Source of the DNA: a virus
Length of the DNA: 64,000 bases
Reading direction: 5' to 3' (one strand)
Virus record (IMG/VR): IMGVR_UViG_3300031565_000014
Coordinates: 1-64,000 of that record
Both the position numbers and the translations under genes were made by a program. The notes beneath the pieces are model-generated. The model was not told the DNA's origin. It searched no databases and saw only the letters and a program-made list of their open reading frames with translations. This document shows positions 16,925-27,047 of this stretch, piece after piece (the stretch's first letter is position 1; each line of letters opens with the position of its first letter).

Positions 16925-17353
16925 ATGATAAAAGTATTTATTCCAGGAAATGTACCATCATTAAAAAACAGTAAAGTAAAAACTAGTAGAGGAATATTCC
17001 CAAGTAAAACAGTTAGCAAATATTTAGCTAAACAAGGTGTTAAATCTTATAGTGTTAGTAAAAAAACAGTAGAAGACTATAAAACACGAGATAATGAATT
17101 CAGAAAGACTTCAACACCTCTTAAACAAGTAATAGAAAAAGATAAACCTAATGTTGTTTATTTTCATTTTGTAAGAGATAGTAAAAGAAGATTTGATTTT
17201 CATAACGCAGTACAAATTATAGCAGATTTGTTAGTAGCTCACGATATCATAGAAGATGATGATATGACCTGCTTTATACCAATGCCTAAACAAAAAGATG
17301 GTTTATGGTATAGTTTAGATAAAGATAATCCTGGTGTTTGGATTTATGTATAA
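16925..17353 (+). CDS. RusA-like Holliday junction resolvase
   Basis: GNVPSLKN...RRFDFHN...DLL...IIEDDD. Confidence 0.72.
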   Translation: MIKVFIPGNVPSLKNSKVKTSRGIFPSKTVSKYLAKQGVKSYSVSKKTVEDYKTRDNEFRKTSTPLKQVIEKDKPNVVYFHFVRDSKRRFDFHNAVQIIADLLVAHDIIEDDDMTCFIPMPKQKDGLWYSLDKDNPGVWIYV

Positions 17354-17378
17354 AAAAAATAAATAAAAAATAAATAAA

Positions 17379-17900
17379 ATGAGTAAAACTAATAATGCAG
17401 AAATAAGTCAGTTAATTAAATTAGACAAAGAGGAAGCTAAAAGCTTAATTTATCAAATTATTTCAGAAGACCCTAATGATGTTCAATTGGGTATTTTAAA
17501 TTTAGTTAATATGGATTATTCCTGTTTAAATACTAAATCTTGGGTTAGTTACATCATATGGGTAGCTAAAGGTTACCCTATTCACATTAAAGAGGATAAC
17601 AAAAATGAAATTACAAAATGTAATATAATTACAGCACTTAAGTCTATTTTAAATAAAAAACAACAAAAAGAAATTTCTAAGTTATGTTACAATTTTGATA
17701 TCACTAAAAGTTCTTCAGATGAAGATATTGCTAGTGAAATGACTGGTGAATGGTTATTAGAAAGAATTAATAATTGTCCAGATCATCATAACATGATGTT
17801 AGAATATGTTAATGTATTTTTTAATGTAATTATCAAAGAGACTAAAAAATCAGGTTATATTCCTGAAAATGCTGAAATAAATATTACTTTAAAACAATAA
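17379..17900 (+). CDS. Helical hypothetical protein of the vWA/MoxR cluster
   Basis: ISEDPNDVQLG motif shared with the gene at 21882. Confidence 0.65.
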   Translation: MSKTNNAEISQLIKLDKEEAKSLIYQIISEDPNDVQLGILNLVNMDYSCLNTKSWVSYIIWVAKGYPIHIKEDNKNEITKCNIITALKSILNKKQQKEISKLCYNFDITKSSSDEDIASEMTGEWLLERINNCPDHHNMMLEYVNVFFNVIIKETKKSGYIPENAEINITLKQ

Positions 17901-17903
17901 AAT

Positions 17904-19205
17904 ATGGAAGATATACAATCAAGTATATCTAGGGCAAGTAAAAGACTGCAATTAACGCAGTCTTTTTACGGCTTATTCTTAAATATGCTTAACAAACGTT
18001 GGAATGATGAAATATCAACAGCATGTGTAAGTAAGAATAGTTATGCTCTAGGTTTTCAATTAAATATTAATCCTGTTTTTTGGAATAGTCTTAGTGATGA
18101 TGAACAAATAGGTGTTTTACAACATGAATGTATGCACATTTGTTTAATGCATTTATTTATGTGGGATGACTTTTCTGATAAAGAAATAGGTAATATAGCT
18201 GCTGATATAGAAATTAACCAGAATATAAAAAAAGGTTTACTCCCGGCAGACACTATGAGTGTTAATGAATTTAAAGAGAAATATGGACCTATTAGAGAAT
18301 CTATAATAAAAGAATGTACAGAAGTTGGTATGAGTAAGCCTAAAATAATGGAGCAACTTGTTAACCACATACCCACAAGAGGTGTTTTCTTAGAAGATTT
18401 TCCTGAACTAAACATGGAACCTAATAAAGGTGCAAGATACTATTATAGCAAATTAATAAAAGCTAAGGAAGATGGTGATTGTCCAAATTTAAATGATTTA
18501 CTAAGTCAAGGTGGCCCAACATCTTTTGAACATGATCTATGGTCACAACTTCAAGAATTAGATGAAGGTAGTAAAAAAATGTTACAAGCTCAATTAGAGC
18601 ATGAACTTAAAGAAGTTGCAGATAGTATTACTAAATCTAGAGGTACTATACCTGGTGAAATGCAAGGACTTATAAAAGCTCTTTTGCATACTGACCCTCC
18701 TAAGTTTGATTGGAAAGGTTACTTAAGAAGATTTTTAGGTAACTCTATTGATTATCATAGAAAATCAAGCAGAAGAAAGCTAAATAAAAGGTTTAACATG
18801 AATCCTGGAAGAAAGGTGAAACGTAAAAAACATATTTTAGTTGGTGTAGATACGTCGGGTTCTGTAAGTGATAATGAACTAAAAGAATTTTTTCATGAAA
18901 TAAATCATATCTATAAAGCTGGTACTAAAGTCACTGTTGTTCATTGTGATACTACTATTCAGAAAATAGAAGAATATAAACCCGGTATGGAGTTTAAAGT
19001 ATATGGTAGAGGAGGTACGTATTTTGAGCCTGTATTAGATTACTATAACGAACATTCTAGTGAATATACATGCTTAGTTTATGTTACAGATGGAGAAGCT
19101 AATGTACCACCTAGACCGAAAGGTAGAATGTTATGGGTATTATCATCACAATCTAACATGAATGAAGAATTAAAACAAACAGGTCAAGTAATTAAATTAA
19201 ATTAA
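17904..19205 (+). CDS. Metallopeptidase + vWA domain protein (DUF2201-like)
   Basis: HECMH (HExxH), NIAADIEIN, MIDAS DTSGS, GRGGT and VTDG motifs. Confidence 0.85.
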   Translation: MEDIQSSISRASKRLQLTQSFYGLFLNMLNKRWNDEISTACVSKNSYALGFQLNINPVFWNSLSDDEQIGVLQHECMHICLMHLFMWDDFSDKEIGNIAADIEINQNIKKGLLPADTMSVNEFKEKYGPIRESIIKECTEVGMSKPKIMEQLVNHIPTRGVFLEDFPELNMEPNKGARYYYSKLIKAKEDGDCPNLNDLLSQGGPTSFEHDLWSQLQELDEGSKKMLQAQLEHELKEVADSITKSRGTIPGEMQGLIKALLHTDPPKFDWKGYLRRFLGNSIDYHRKSSRRKLNKRFNMNPGRKVKRKKHILVGVDTSGSVSDNELKEFFHEINHIYKAGTKVTVVHCDTTIQKIEEYKPGMEFKVYGRGGTYFEPVLDYYNEHSSEYTCLVYVTDGEANVPPRPKGRMLWVLSSQSNMNEELKQTGQVIKLN

Positions 19206-19211
19206 TGAATT

Positions 19212-19652
19212 ATGCAAAACAAAAATTTTTCACATTTTGGTCTTAAAGACGCAGGCAATAAAGATTACGTAAACAATGGAGGTTCTAAAAAAATAGAACC
19301 AAGAAAACAAGCTATGGTAGATGGTTATGGCTTTGGTGATAGAATGCTAGAAAATGTAATGTTTATTATTACAATTCAAGATGATAACACTTTAAAAGCT
19401 GAGATTCATCCTGATTCTGCTTCATATTTTGAACAGTTAAATAAAGAGATGTGGTTAAAGGAGGATATTAAATACGCCATGCTAACAGATTTTTTTTATT
19501 CCATGGATGAAAATGAGGAAGTAGATCTAAATTTAATCATGCAAGATGGTAGATATAATTTTGAGCATGACAAAAATTTTAAACTATCTCCTGTTGTAAT
19601 AACAGATCAACAAATTGCAGCTATAAACGCTAATTTAGAAAATAATAATTAA
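19212..19652 (+). CDS. Hypothetical protein inserted between vWA and MoxR genes
   Basis: 146-aa ORF. Confidence 0.7.
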   Translation: MQNKNFSHFGLKDAGNKDYVNNGGSKKIEPRKQAMVDGYGFGDRMLENVMFIITIQDDNTLKAEIHPDSASYFEQLNKEMWLKEDIKYAMLTDFFYSMDENEEVDLNLIMQDGRYNFEHDKNFKLSPVVITDQQIAAINANLENNN

Positions 19653-19675
19653 ACAAATAAATAATTAAAATAAAT

Positions 19676-20953
19676 ATGTCAAAACAATCAAAAAATAGTA
19701 ATAATAGTTTAGCATTAACTACTAACGAATTAGTTAAATATGTGGATCACATGATTACTAATAATAGATATTTAGCAGCTAAAGGTGTTAGGCCTATTTG
19801 TATGAATATTGAAGGAGAGGCGGGGCTTGGAAAGACTTCTGTAGTAGAACAAGTAGCTCAAACTATGAACTTACAAATGGTTAAACTTAACTTATCTCAA
19901 ATGGAAGACATAGGTGATTTAGTAGGCTTCCCTATTAGAGAATTTATGCTTAAATATCAAGAGAAAGATTCAGATGGTAAGCCTGTGGGTAACGCAGTGG
20001 GTAAATGGGTAGATGAGAATTCTTATGATTATTATATTGGTCAGGGATGGGAGCCAACAGGTAAAAATAGAACTAATAACTGTGTTCCTGAGTGGCTTGC
20101 TAGCTTAAAACCAGGTAAAGGTGTAATTTTATTATTGGATGATTATAGTCGTGCTGACAATAGATTTACGCAAGCGTGTATGGAGCTTATTGACAGACAA
20201 TCATATGGTACATGGAAATTGCCGGCAGACTCTCATATCATTCTTACTTCAAATCCTGATGATGGTGATTATTTTGTTACACAATTAGATCCTGCTCAAA
20301 AGACTAGATTTACTACAGTTAAACTTAAGTTTGATAAAGAATGTTGGGCAGAATGGGCTGAAAATGCTGGAATTGACACTAGATGTATTAATTTTATTCT
20401 TAAACATCCTGAATTAATCACAGAATCTGCTAAAGATAAGAATAGTGGTTTTTATGTAAATGCAAGATCATCAACTACATTTTTTAATGCTATTTCTAGT
20501 TTTAAATCGTTTGAGCCTAACTTAGGTATGATTACTAATATTGGAGAAGGGTGTGTAGGTCCAGATTTTACTAATACATTTACTATATTTATTAATAATA
20601 AAATGGACAAATTAATGTCCCCAGAAGAGATGCTTACAAGTAAGCAAGATCATAAATTAGTTATTAATAGAATAATAGAGGATTGTAAAGGTGAAGATGG
20701 GAATTATAGAGCTGACATTGCTGGTATTTTAGCCTTAAGGTTAATTAATTTTGCAACTAAATATGCTAAAGAAAATCCTATTACAGCTGATCACATTACT
20801 AGACTAAAGTTACTTTGTACAACAGACGATTGCTTCACAAGCGATCTTAAGTATGTAATTGTTAAACGATTACTTGGTGATAGCACAGAAACTAAGAAAA
20901 AGTTTGAAAAACTTATGTTTGATCCAAATGTAGCAAAAATGCTAGTTAAATAA
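19676..20953 (+). CDS. MoxR-like AAA+ ATPase
   Basis: GEAGLGKT, DLVGFP, LLLDDYSRA, LTSNP and LDPAQKTRF motifs; adjacent to the vWA gene. Confidence 0.85.
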   Translation: MSKQSKNSNNSLALTTNELVKYVDHMITNNRYLAAKGVRPICMNIEGEAGLGKTSVVEQVAQTMNLQMVKLNLSQMEDIGDLVGFPIREFMLKYQEKDSDGKPVGNAVGKWVDENSYDYYIGQGWEPTGKNRTNNCVPEWLASLKPGKGVILLLDDYSRADNRFTQACMELIDRQSYGTWKLPADSHIILTSNPDDGDYFVTQLDPAQKTRFTTVKLKFDKECWAEWAENAGIDTRCINFILKHPELITESAKDKNSGFYVNARSSTTFFNAISSFKSFEPNLGMITNIGEGCVGPDFTNTFTIFINNKMDKLMSPEEMLTSKQDHKLVINRIIEDCKGEDGNYRADIAGILALRLINFATKYAKENPITADHITRLKLLCTTDDCFTSDLKYVIVKRLLGDSTETKKKFEKLMFDPNVAKMLVK

Positions 20954-20965
20954 AACAATAATAAT

Positions 20966-21889
20966 ATGTCTAAAATAATATTTTATGACATTGGTGACAC
21001 TACGATAGCTCGGTTTAACGAAATAACCGAGCTATCTATATCACCGCTGTCTTTAACAAATAAATTAACAGGTGTAATCTCAGAATTTTATCCAATTGTA
21101 AGTACTAGTAATCTTATAAATGAAAAAACAATAAAAGATAGCACAGAAAATATAAATTCAGGGGATAAAATATTTATTGGCCCTGGTTATACTAATAATA
21201 AAACATTTATAGAGGAACAAATAAAAAATAAAGGAGCTATAATTGTAAATAAATTAAAATCAGCCAATAAAATAATATTAAATGAAAGATGTTTACATGC
21301 ATCTTGCTATGGTTTTGTTTACCAGAAAAATATAAATTTAGTTACTAATTGTGATATTAACAGTCTAAATATAAACAACAATTATTCTTCTTATGAACTA
21401 GCAGTTACACCTTTGTATATTGACATTTATGTTGCAATGATTGACAATAATTTAAAAATAATTAATGAGGAAAACTTAATTTCAGAAAGTTACTTTGATA
21501 TATCAAAAGATAAATTACCTATGTTAAAGGAAATCTATCATGATAATAAAGAAACATTTATGACACTATTAACTAACTCTTTTTATGAGAAAAACGATTA
21601 TTATAAATTATGGGGTCTTTGTAAATATCTTAATCTATACCATTATGATTTTAAAACAAAGTCTCAAAAATTATTTTATGAAAAAAATAAATTTATTATT
21701 GAAACTTATAGTAAAAGGAGATTAATAGAAGTATTACATAACAGAGATGTTCTTACTAAGAAATGTTTTAATGAAATATGTACAGAAGATTTTAAAAACC
21801 ACCTAATAAAAAATATCTCTAGTAATTTTTTTACAGTAAAAGATCTAGAGTTTAATCAAGAATTTTTAAATAATTTAATAGATGACTAA
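20966..21889 (+). CDS. Hypothetical protein with BRCT-like segment; paralog of the next gene
   Basis: INSGDKIFIGPG...IKNKGAIIVNKLKSANKII. Confidence 0.6.
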   Translation: MSKIIFYDIGDTTIARFNEITELSISPLSLTNKLTGVISEFYPIVSTSNLINEKTIKDSTENINSGDKIFIGPGYTNNKTFIEEQIKNKGAIIVNKLKSANKIILNERCLHASCYGFVYQKNINLVTNCDINSLNINNNYSSYELAVTPLYIDIYVAMIDNNLKIINEENLISESYFDISKDKLPMLKEIYHDNKETFMTLLTNSFYEKNDYYKLWGLCKYLNLYHYDFKTKSQKLFYEKNKFIIETYSKRRLIEVLHNRDVLTKKCFNEICTEDFKNHLIKNISSNFFTVKDLEFNQEFLNNLIDD

Positions 21890-22994
21890 AACAACAAATT
21901 TTTTCGATATAGTAAAAGAAAGAAATAATTTAATTTATGATGATACAACGAATGAATATTCTTTAAAGCCTACTAAAGGAATATTACGTAGTAGTTATAG
22001 AAATTATTTAAGTGAGTATGGTACTATACCTACTAGTGAATATAAAATTAATAATGGTGATAAATTATACTTTTATAAAGGTTGTAATATTTTAAGAGAC
22101 AAAATTAGAAGCTACTCTGCGGCTAATGGAGATTGTTTAAGTATTACTATTAAATCTGAAACAGCAGATGCTTATTTTGTTGGTGATGACACTATTAATT
22201 ATCTTTTAGAAAAAACAGCAAGTAGTTATGAAATTTACAAAAAAGAGTTAATTAACACATTGCGTTTAATTGATAATACAGAAAAAGTAATAAATGATTT
22301 AAACAATGCTAATGATGAATCTATAATGATGAGTTATCATATAATTGGTCAATTAAAAGAATCATTAAAATCACAGAAAAAAGAAAATCATGATTTTAAT
22401 TACAGCTATGCTTATTACAGTTCTATAAGGTACACAGATTTATATAATGAACTTAAGAGTCATTATGATAATGGTGGGATTTTTTATGATGATAAAAGTT
22501 TGCTTAAAATATTAAACAATGAGCTAAGTGTTCTTGATGAAAATAATTTTGAGCAAATAGAATTAATGCTAATGTCTACAGATGAAAATAATGTAAAATT
22601 AGCTGCTGAGATGATGGCTAATTCTGATCCTATTAAATCAGCTTATGAACTAGCTTATTTTTTATGTAATTATGATAATAAATTACGTTATTCTGGAATG
22701 TGGAATTCTGTTAATTTTAAATCTTTAAGAAATTGTTTTGATCAAGAATTTCAATACAGTCAAACACTTGATGTAATAAATTATTGTACTGAACGTCATC
22801 TTATTGGTGATCATAACATTAATTTAATTAAAAAACATATTAAAAAAGAATTTGACAGTAAGTTAGACTTTAGACTTAAAAACTTAATAGTTATTGACAA
22901 AATTTCTTTGGGTAAACCTGTTATAAGTTCTATTAAGTCCAACAGATCTAAAATTAACAAAACAGAAGATTTGGAGGTGCTTGATGCTGAGTAA
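21882..22994 (+). CDS. Hypothetical protein; paralog of the previous gene
   Basis: INNGDKLYFYKG...ITIKSETADAYFV and MLMSTDENNVKLAAEMM. Confidence 0.65.
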   Translation: MTKTTNFFDIVKERNNLIYDDTTNEYSLKPTKGILRSSYRNYLSEYGTIPTSEYKINNGDKLYFYKGCNILRDKIRSYSAANGDCLSITIKSETADAYFVGDDTINYLLEKTASSYEIYKKELINTLRLIDNTEKVINDLNNANDESIMMSYHIIGQLKESLKSQKKENHDFNYSYAYYSSIRYTDLYNELKSHYDNGGIFYDDKSLLKILNNELSVLDENNFEQIELMLMSTDENNVKLAAEMMANSDPIKSAYELAYFLCNYDNKLRYSGMWNSVNFKSLRNCFDQEFQYSQTLDVINYCTERHLIGDHNINLIKKHIKKEFDSKLDFRLKNLIVIDKISLGKPVISSIKSNRSKINKTEDLEVLDAE

Positions 22995-23976
22995 CAAATC
23001 TAAAGAAGATGATTTTTATAAAAAGGAGTTTAGTTTTAGCTATAGTAGCATTAGTAAATTACTATATTCACCTGTTTTATTTTATGATCATTACATTTTA
23101 CGTGAAAGAGAAGATAGAGACTACAGTCACCTAATCGGAGGAAGGCTGATACATTGTCTATTATTAGAACCTGATGTGTTTAACACTAAGTATGCTGTTT
23201 CTAACAGTAAAATCCCAACAAAAACATTAAAACCTTTACTTGACAGTATAGCTTACAAAAATATTAATGATAACAATAATCTTGAAGATCATAAAGATGA
23301 CATTTTATTATACCTTAGTGGTATAAATCTTTACCAATCACTCAAAGATGATGCAGGAAGACTTGAAAAAGTTATTACAGCTGCTAATATTGAGTACTTT
23401 GAACATAAGAAATCTACAATAGGTAAAGAGATTATTGATCAAGACTTACTTACTAAATGTGAAGAGGCTGTAAAAATAATTAAATCAAATAAAAGTGTTC
23501 GTAAACTTTTACACTTAGATGGTGTAAACTTATTTACAAATAATGTAGAAGTACATAATGAGCGTGAATTAAGTTGTAAATTAAAAGGTTATGATTTTGG
23601 TTTAAGAGGTGTGCTAGATAATTATACAATTGACCACACTAATAAAATTATAACTATTAATGATTTTAAGACAACAGGTAAGGGAATATTAGAATTTCCG
23701 GAAAGCGTTGAATATTATAAATACTGGCTACAAGCATCCTTATACAAAAAATTATTATATAATAACTTAAACGAATCTATGAAAAATTGGAAGTTTATGT
23801 TTAATTTTATAGTAATAGACAAGTATAATCAGGTGTATCCTTTTCCTGTTAGCGATAACTCTTTAGGAAAATGGGAAGAAGAAACAAATAGTGTTTTAGA
23901 AAAAGTGAACTACCATTACTCGAATAAAAATTATTCTTTACCATATGAGTTAGCTACAGAAGGTGTAATCCTTTAA
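22981..23976 (+). CDS. PD-(D/E)XK exonuclease (RecE/DUF3799-like)
   Basis: SYSSI, GRLIHCLLLEP, RGVLD, INDFKTT and YWLQASLY motifs. Confidence 0.82.
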   Translation: MMLSNKSKEDDFYKKEFSFSYSSISKLLYSPVLFYDHYILREREDRDYSHLIGGRLIHCLLLEPDVFNTKYAVSNSKIPTKTLKPLLDSIAYKNINDNNNLEDHKDDILLYLSGINLYQSLKDDAGRLEKVITAANIEYFEHKKSTIGKEIIDQDLLTKCEEAVKIIKSNKSVRKLLHLDGVNLFTNNVEVHNERELSCKLKGYDFGLRGVLDNYTIDHTNKIITINDFKTTGKGILEFPESVEYYKYWLQASLYKKLLYNNLNESMKNWKFMFNFIVIDKYNQVYPFPVSDNSLGKWEEETNSVLEKVNYHYSNKNYSLPYELATEGVIL

Positions 23977-23977
23977 A

Positions 23978-24562
23978 GTGGTAAGAATGGATGATATATG
24001 TAAGAATTATTTTCAAAAGTCTAGAATTTTTTTATACCCTGCATTAAAAATTCCTCGTAAGTCAAGTATTATACCAATTGATACTTACCTTACATGGGAA
24101 GGAAACTATAGTTTAAATGATAACAAATTATTGTGTGTATATTACACAAGGGACGATGTAGAATTTAAAACTTTTGAAAAAAAATATCTTTTAGACAATG
24201 AACTATTCGTTAGATGTCATACTTTAACACCAGACATAAGTGTATATATATTTGATTTTTCAAAATATAAACATGAATATAAGTGTGTTACAGAAGGTAG
24301 ATATTCTAAGATGGGTTTAGACTATAAGAAATCATTAATGGAGTATCACAAGCCAACAGATGAAGCAACAACAACTGTTTCAACATATTTGTTGTCTTAT
24401 TTATATCCACACAATTGGTATGCTCTTTATGCTGAATTTTTATTAATGAATGAAAATGTGCTTAAAGAGACTGTGGAATTATGTGATAAACCGGACTTAA
24501 TTAAGGAAAATTTTGTAGTTTCCCAAAAAAGTCCTAAAATTGTAAAATTAAGTAGTTACTAA
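23978..24562 (+). CDS. Hypothetical protein
   Basis: 194-aa ORF with KSRIFLYPAL. Confidence 0.7.
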   Translation: MVRMDDICKNYFQKSRIFLYPALKIPRKSSIIPIDTYLTWEGNYSLNDNKLLCVYYTRDDVEFKTFEKKYLLDNELFVRCHTLTPDISVYIFDFSKYKHEYKCVTEGRYSKMGLDYKKSLMEYHKPTDEATTTVSTYLLSYLYPHNWYALYAEFLLMNENVLKETVELCDKPDLIKENFVVSQKSPKIVKLSSY

Positions 24563-24578
24563 AAAAATTAAAACCAAT

Positions 24579-24980
24579 ATGAGTAAATATGGCGATAACA
24601 TGCTAATCGTACATTCAGCATGGCAAGGTAAAAAAACATTTGGGTTAATGCCTTTAAATATGGAATGTCCTTATAATGAGGCTATTCTAGACCCAGAAAC
24701 AAAACAATTAGTAATTTTCATGAAACAAACTAAAGAAGCTTACCATATGGTAACTAAATTAGATGCTTATGGAGAACCTATTGTTGACAAAATGAAAAAT
24801 AAAGTACAACAACAAAGAGTTAAAATAGAAACATTTTCTGAACACGTTCTTTACGAAGATAGTGACATTAGAAGTTTTATTAAAACTTTTGCTGTAAATG
24901 ATAACTTTGACATAGATTTTTATCTTAAAGACAAAGCTATTGTTGCAGAGAAGCCTAAGTCTAAACTTATTGTAGACTAA
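24579..24980 (+). CDS. Hypothetical protein
   Basis: 133 aa; a promoter-like TTTG-N19-TAAAATTG lies upstream (24512-24542). Confidence 0.7.
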   Translation: MSKYGDNMLIVHSAWQGKKTFGLMPLNMECPYNEAILDPETKQLVIFMKQTKEAYHMVTKLDAYGEPIVDKMKNKVQQQRVKIETFSEHVLYEDSDIRSFIKTFAVNDNFDIDFYLKDKAIVAEKPKSKLIVD

Positions 24981-24999
24981 TATTATTAATTTTAGCTTT

Positions 25000-25026
25000 A
25001 AAGAGAGGGTATTCCCCTCTTTTTTT
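25000..25026 (+). terminator. Rho-independent terminator
   Basis: AAAGAGAGGG-TATT-CCCCTCTTTTTTT. Confidence 0.65.
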
Positions 25027-25045
25027 GGCTTCCAGCATTACATAT

Positions 25046-27037
25046 ATGTCACATTGGGTCTATGACTTTGAAACATTACCAAATTGTTTTGTAGCTGTAT
25101 TTGAAGATTATAAAAAAGAAGAACGTAAAATTTTTAGAATAGATGATTATGTTAATGATTATCAAAAATTTTTAAGTTTTTTAGAATCCTGTAAAGATGA
25201 TGGTTCTTATCATATAGGATTTAATAATATTTCTTTTGATTCTCAAATTACAGAATACTTAATAAGAAATGAAGCTCAATATAGTCTTCTTTCTGGCTCA
25301 GAATTATCTAAGGAAATTAAAAAACATGCTAATTATGTTATTACTAAAAGTAATAATAATGAATGGCTTGATTTTGCTCCTTATGAATTTCATATAAATC
25401 AAATAGACTTATATAAACTTAATCATTGGAATAACCCTAATAAACGTGCTAGTCTTAAGTGGATACAGTTTAGTATGGACTGGGAGCACTTAGAAGATAT
25501 GCCTATTGAACATGACTATGTTCTTCAAAATGAACAAGAAGTTCAAATGGTTATAAATTACTGTATTAACGACGTTGCTAGTACTAAGAAAATACTACAT
25601 ATTAGTAAAGATCAAATTGATCTTAGAGCTAGTTTAACTGAGGAATACAAAATTAATCTTTACAGTGCTGCTGAACCTACGATTGCTAAATCCCTGTTTG
25701 CTTTATTTTTAGCAAATAAGACAGGTCAAAAGGTAAAAGACATTAAGAAAAATAAAACTATTCTTGATAGAATAGAGGCTAAACCTCTATTATTGCCTTA
25801 TTTGAAATTTAATGATCCTGAATTTAAAAATGTATTAAATGTATTTAATAACTTAGTTATTGATCCAAATAATACTAAAGGTTCACTAAGTGTTGCTGCT
25901 AATTATAAAGGCTCTCTTTTAGAGTTTGGTCTTGGTGGTTTACATGGAGCAACTAATTCAGGAGTATATGAATCTGATTCAGAGTACGTGATCATGTCAA
26001 GTGATGTTGTTAGTTATTACCCAAATTTAGCTATTCGTAACAAATGGGCACCAGCTCATATGCCTAAAAAAGAATTTTGTGAGCTATATGAATGGTTTTT
26101 TGATGAAAGACGTAAAATACCTAAGACAGATCCTAGAAATTACACATATAAGATTGTTTTAAACAGTACTTATGGTTTGAGTAATGATAGACATAGCTTT
26201 TTGTATGATCCGTCCTTTACAATGCGTATAACACTAAATGGTCAACTTAGTTTAACTTTACTATTAGAGATGATATGTGAAGCTATTCCAGAAGCACAAC
26301 CTTTACTTCAAAATACAGACGGTCTAGAAACTAAAATTCCTAGAAAATACAAAAAGAAATATTTAGAAGTATGCGCTGAGTGGGAAAAATTAACATTATT
26401 AGAGTTAGAACATGACACTTACAAAAAATTGATTATATCAGATGTAAACAGTTATATTGCTGTTAAAACGTTTAAAGAAGTTTCTAAAGAAAAATATAGT
26501 GAATTAAAAATTAAAGATCCTATTGCTGTATTTAAAGAGCTTAATGGCACCTATTATTACGCATCTACAAAATGTAAGGGGCGTTTTGAGTTTGAAAATT
26601 TAGCATTACATAAAAATAAATCCGGGTTAGTAATAAGAAAAGCTATATACAATTATTTTGTACATGGTGTAATACCTGAAAATTATTTACCAACAAATAA
26701 AAATATTTTTGATTATTGTCTTGGTGTAAGACAACGAAACAAAGATTGGAAGTTTTATATTAAATCAGCTAAGACTGGTGAAATAGAATATAAACTTTTA
26801 CAAAAAACATTAAGATATTTCATTTCTATATCAGGAGATGTTATAGTTAAAGTTGCTGAAGATGGTAGAGAAAATAGGTTAGAAGCCGGGATATGGAAAC
26901 AAACGATATATAATCAAGTTATTGAGAAAAAGTGGGCTGATTATAAGATAGATGAGAGATATTATATATCTAGCATTTATAAAGAAATAAATAACATAAT
27001 TTTAGAAAACAAAAAAGGCCAATTTGGTCTGTTTTAA
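25046..27037 (+). CDS. Family B DNA polymerase with 3'-5' exonuclease (start ATG 25046)
   Basis: ExoI YDFET, ExoII FNNISFD, ExoIII YCIND; polymerase motifs SDVVSYYPN, KIVLNSTYG and NTDG. Confidence 0.92.
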   Translation: MSHWVYDFETLPNCFVAVFEDYKKEERKIFRIDDYVNDYQKFLSFLESCKDDGSYHIGFNNISFDSQITEYLIRNEAQYSLLSGSELSKEIKKHANYVITKSNNNEWLDFAPYEFHINQIDLYKLNHWNNPNKRASLKWIQFSMDWEHLEDMPIEHDYVLQNEQEVQMVINYCINDVASTKKILHISKDQIDLRASLTEEYKINLYSAAEPTIAKSLFALFLANKTGQKVKDIKKNKTILDRIEAKPLLLPYLKFNDPEFKNVLNVFNNLVIDPNNTKGSLSVAANYKGSLLEFGLGGLHGATNSGVYESDSEYVIMSSDVVSYYPNLAIRNKWAPAHMPKKEFCELYEWFFDERRKIPKTDPRNYTYKIVLNSTYGLSNDRHSFLYDPSFTMRITLNGQLSLTLLLEMICEAIPEAQPLLQNTDGLETKIPRKYKKKYLEVCAEWEKLTLLELEHDTYKKLIISDVNSYIAVKTFKEVSKEKYSELKIKDPIAVFKELNGTYYYASTKCKGRFEFENLALHKNKSGLVIRKAIYNYFVHGVIPENYLPTNKNIFDYCLGVRQRNKDWKFYIKSAKTGEIEYKLLQKTLRYFISISGDVIVKVAEDGRENRLEAGIWKQTIYNQVIEKKWADYKIDERYYISSIYKEINNIILENKKGQFGLF

Positions 27038-27047
27038 AAATATAAAT

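Noticed and set aside
1796-18415. Minus-strand ORFs 1796-1984, 3291-3473, 13588-13947 and 18056-18415
   Set aside because: They lie antisense to well-supported + strand genes and show no motifs
12869-27037. Inteins or self-splicing introns in DnaB, primase or PolB
   Set aside because: The proteins are compact with contiguous motifs; no intein termini or split ORFs were seen
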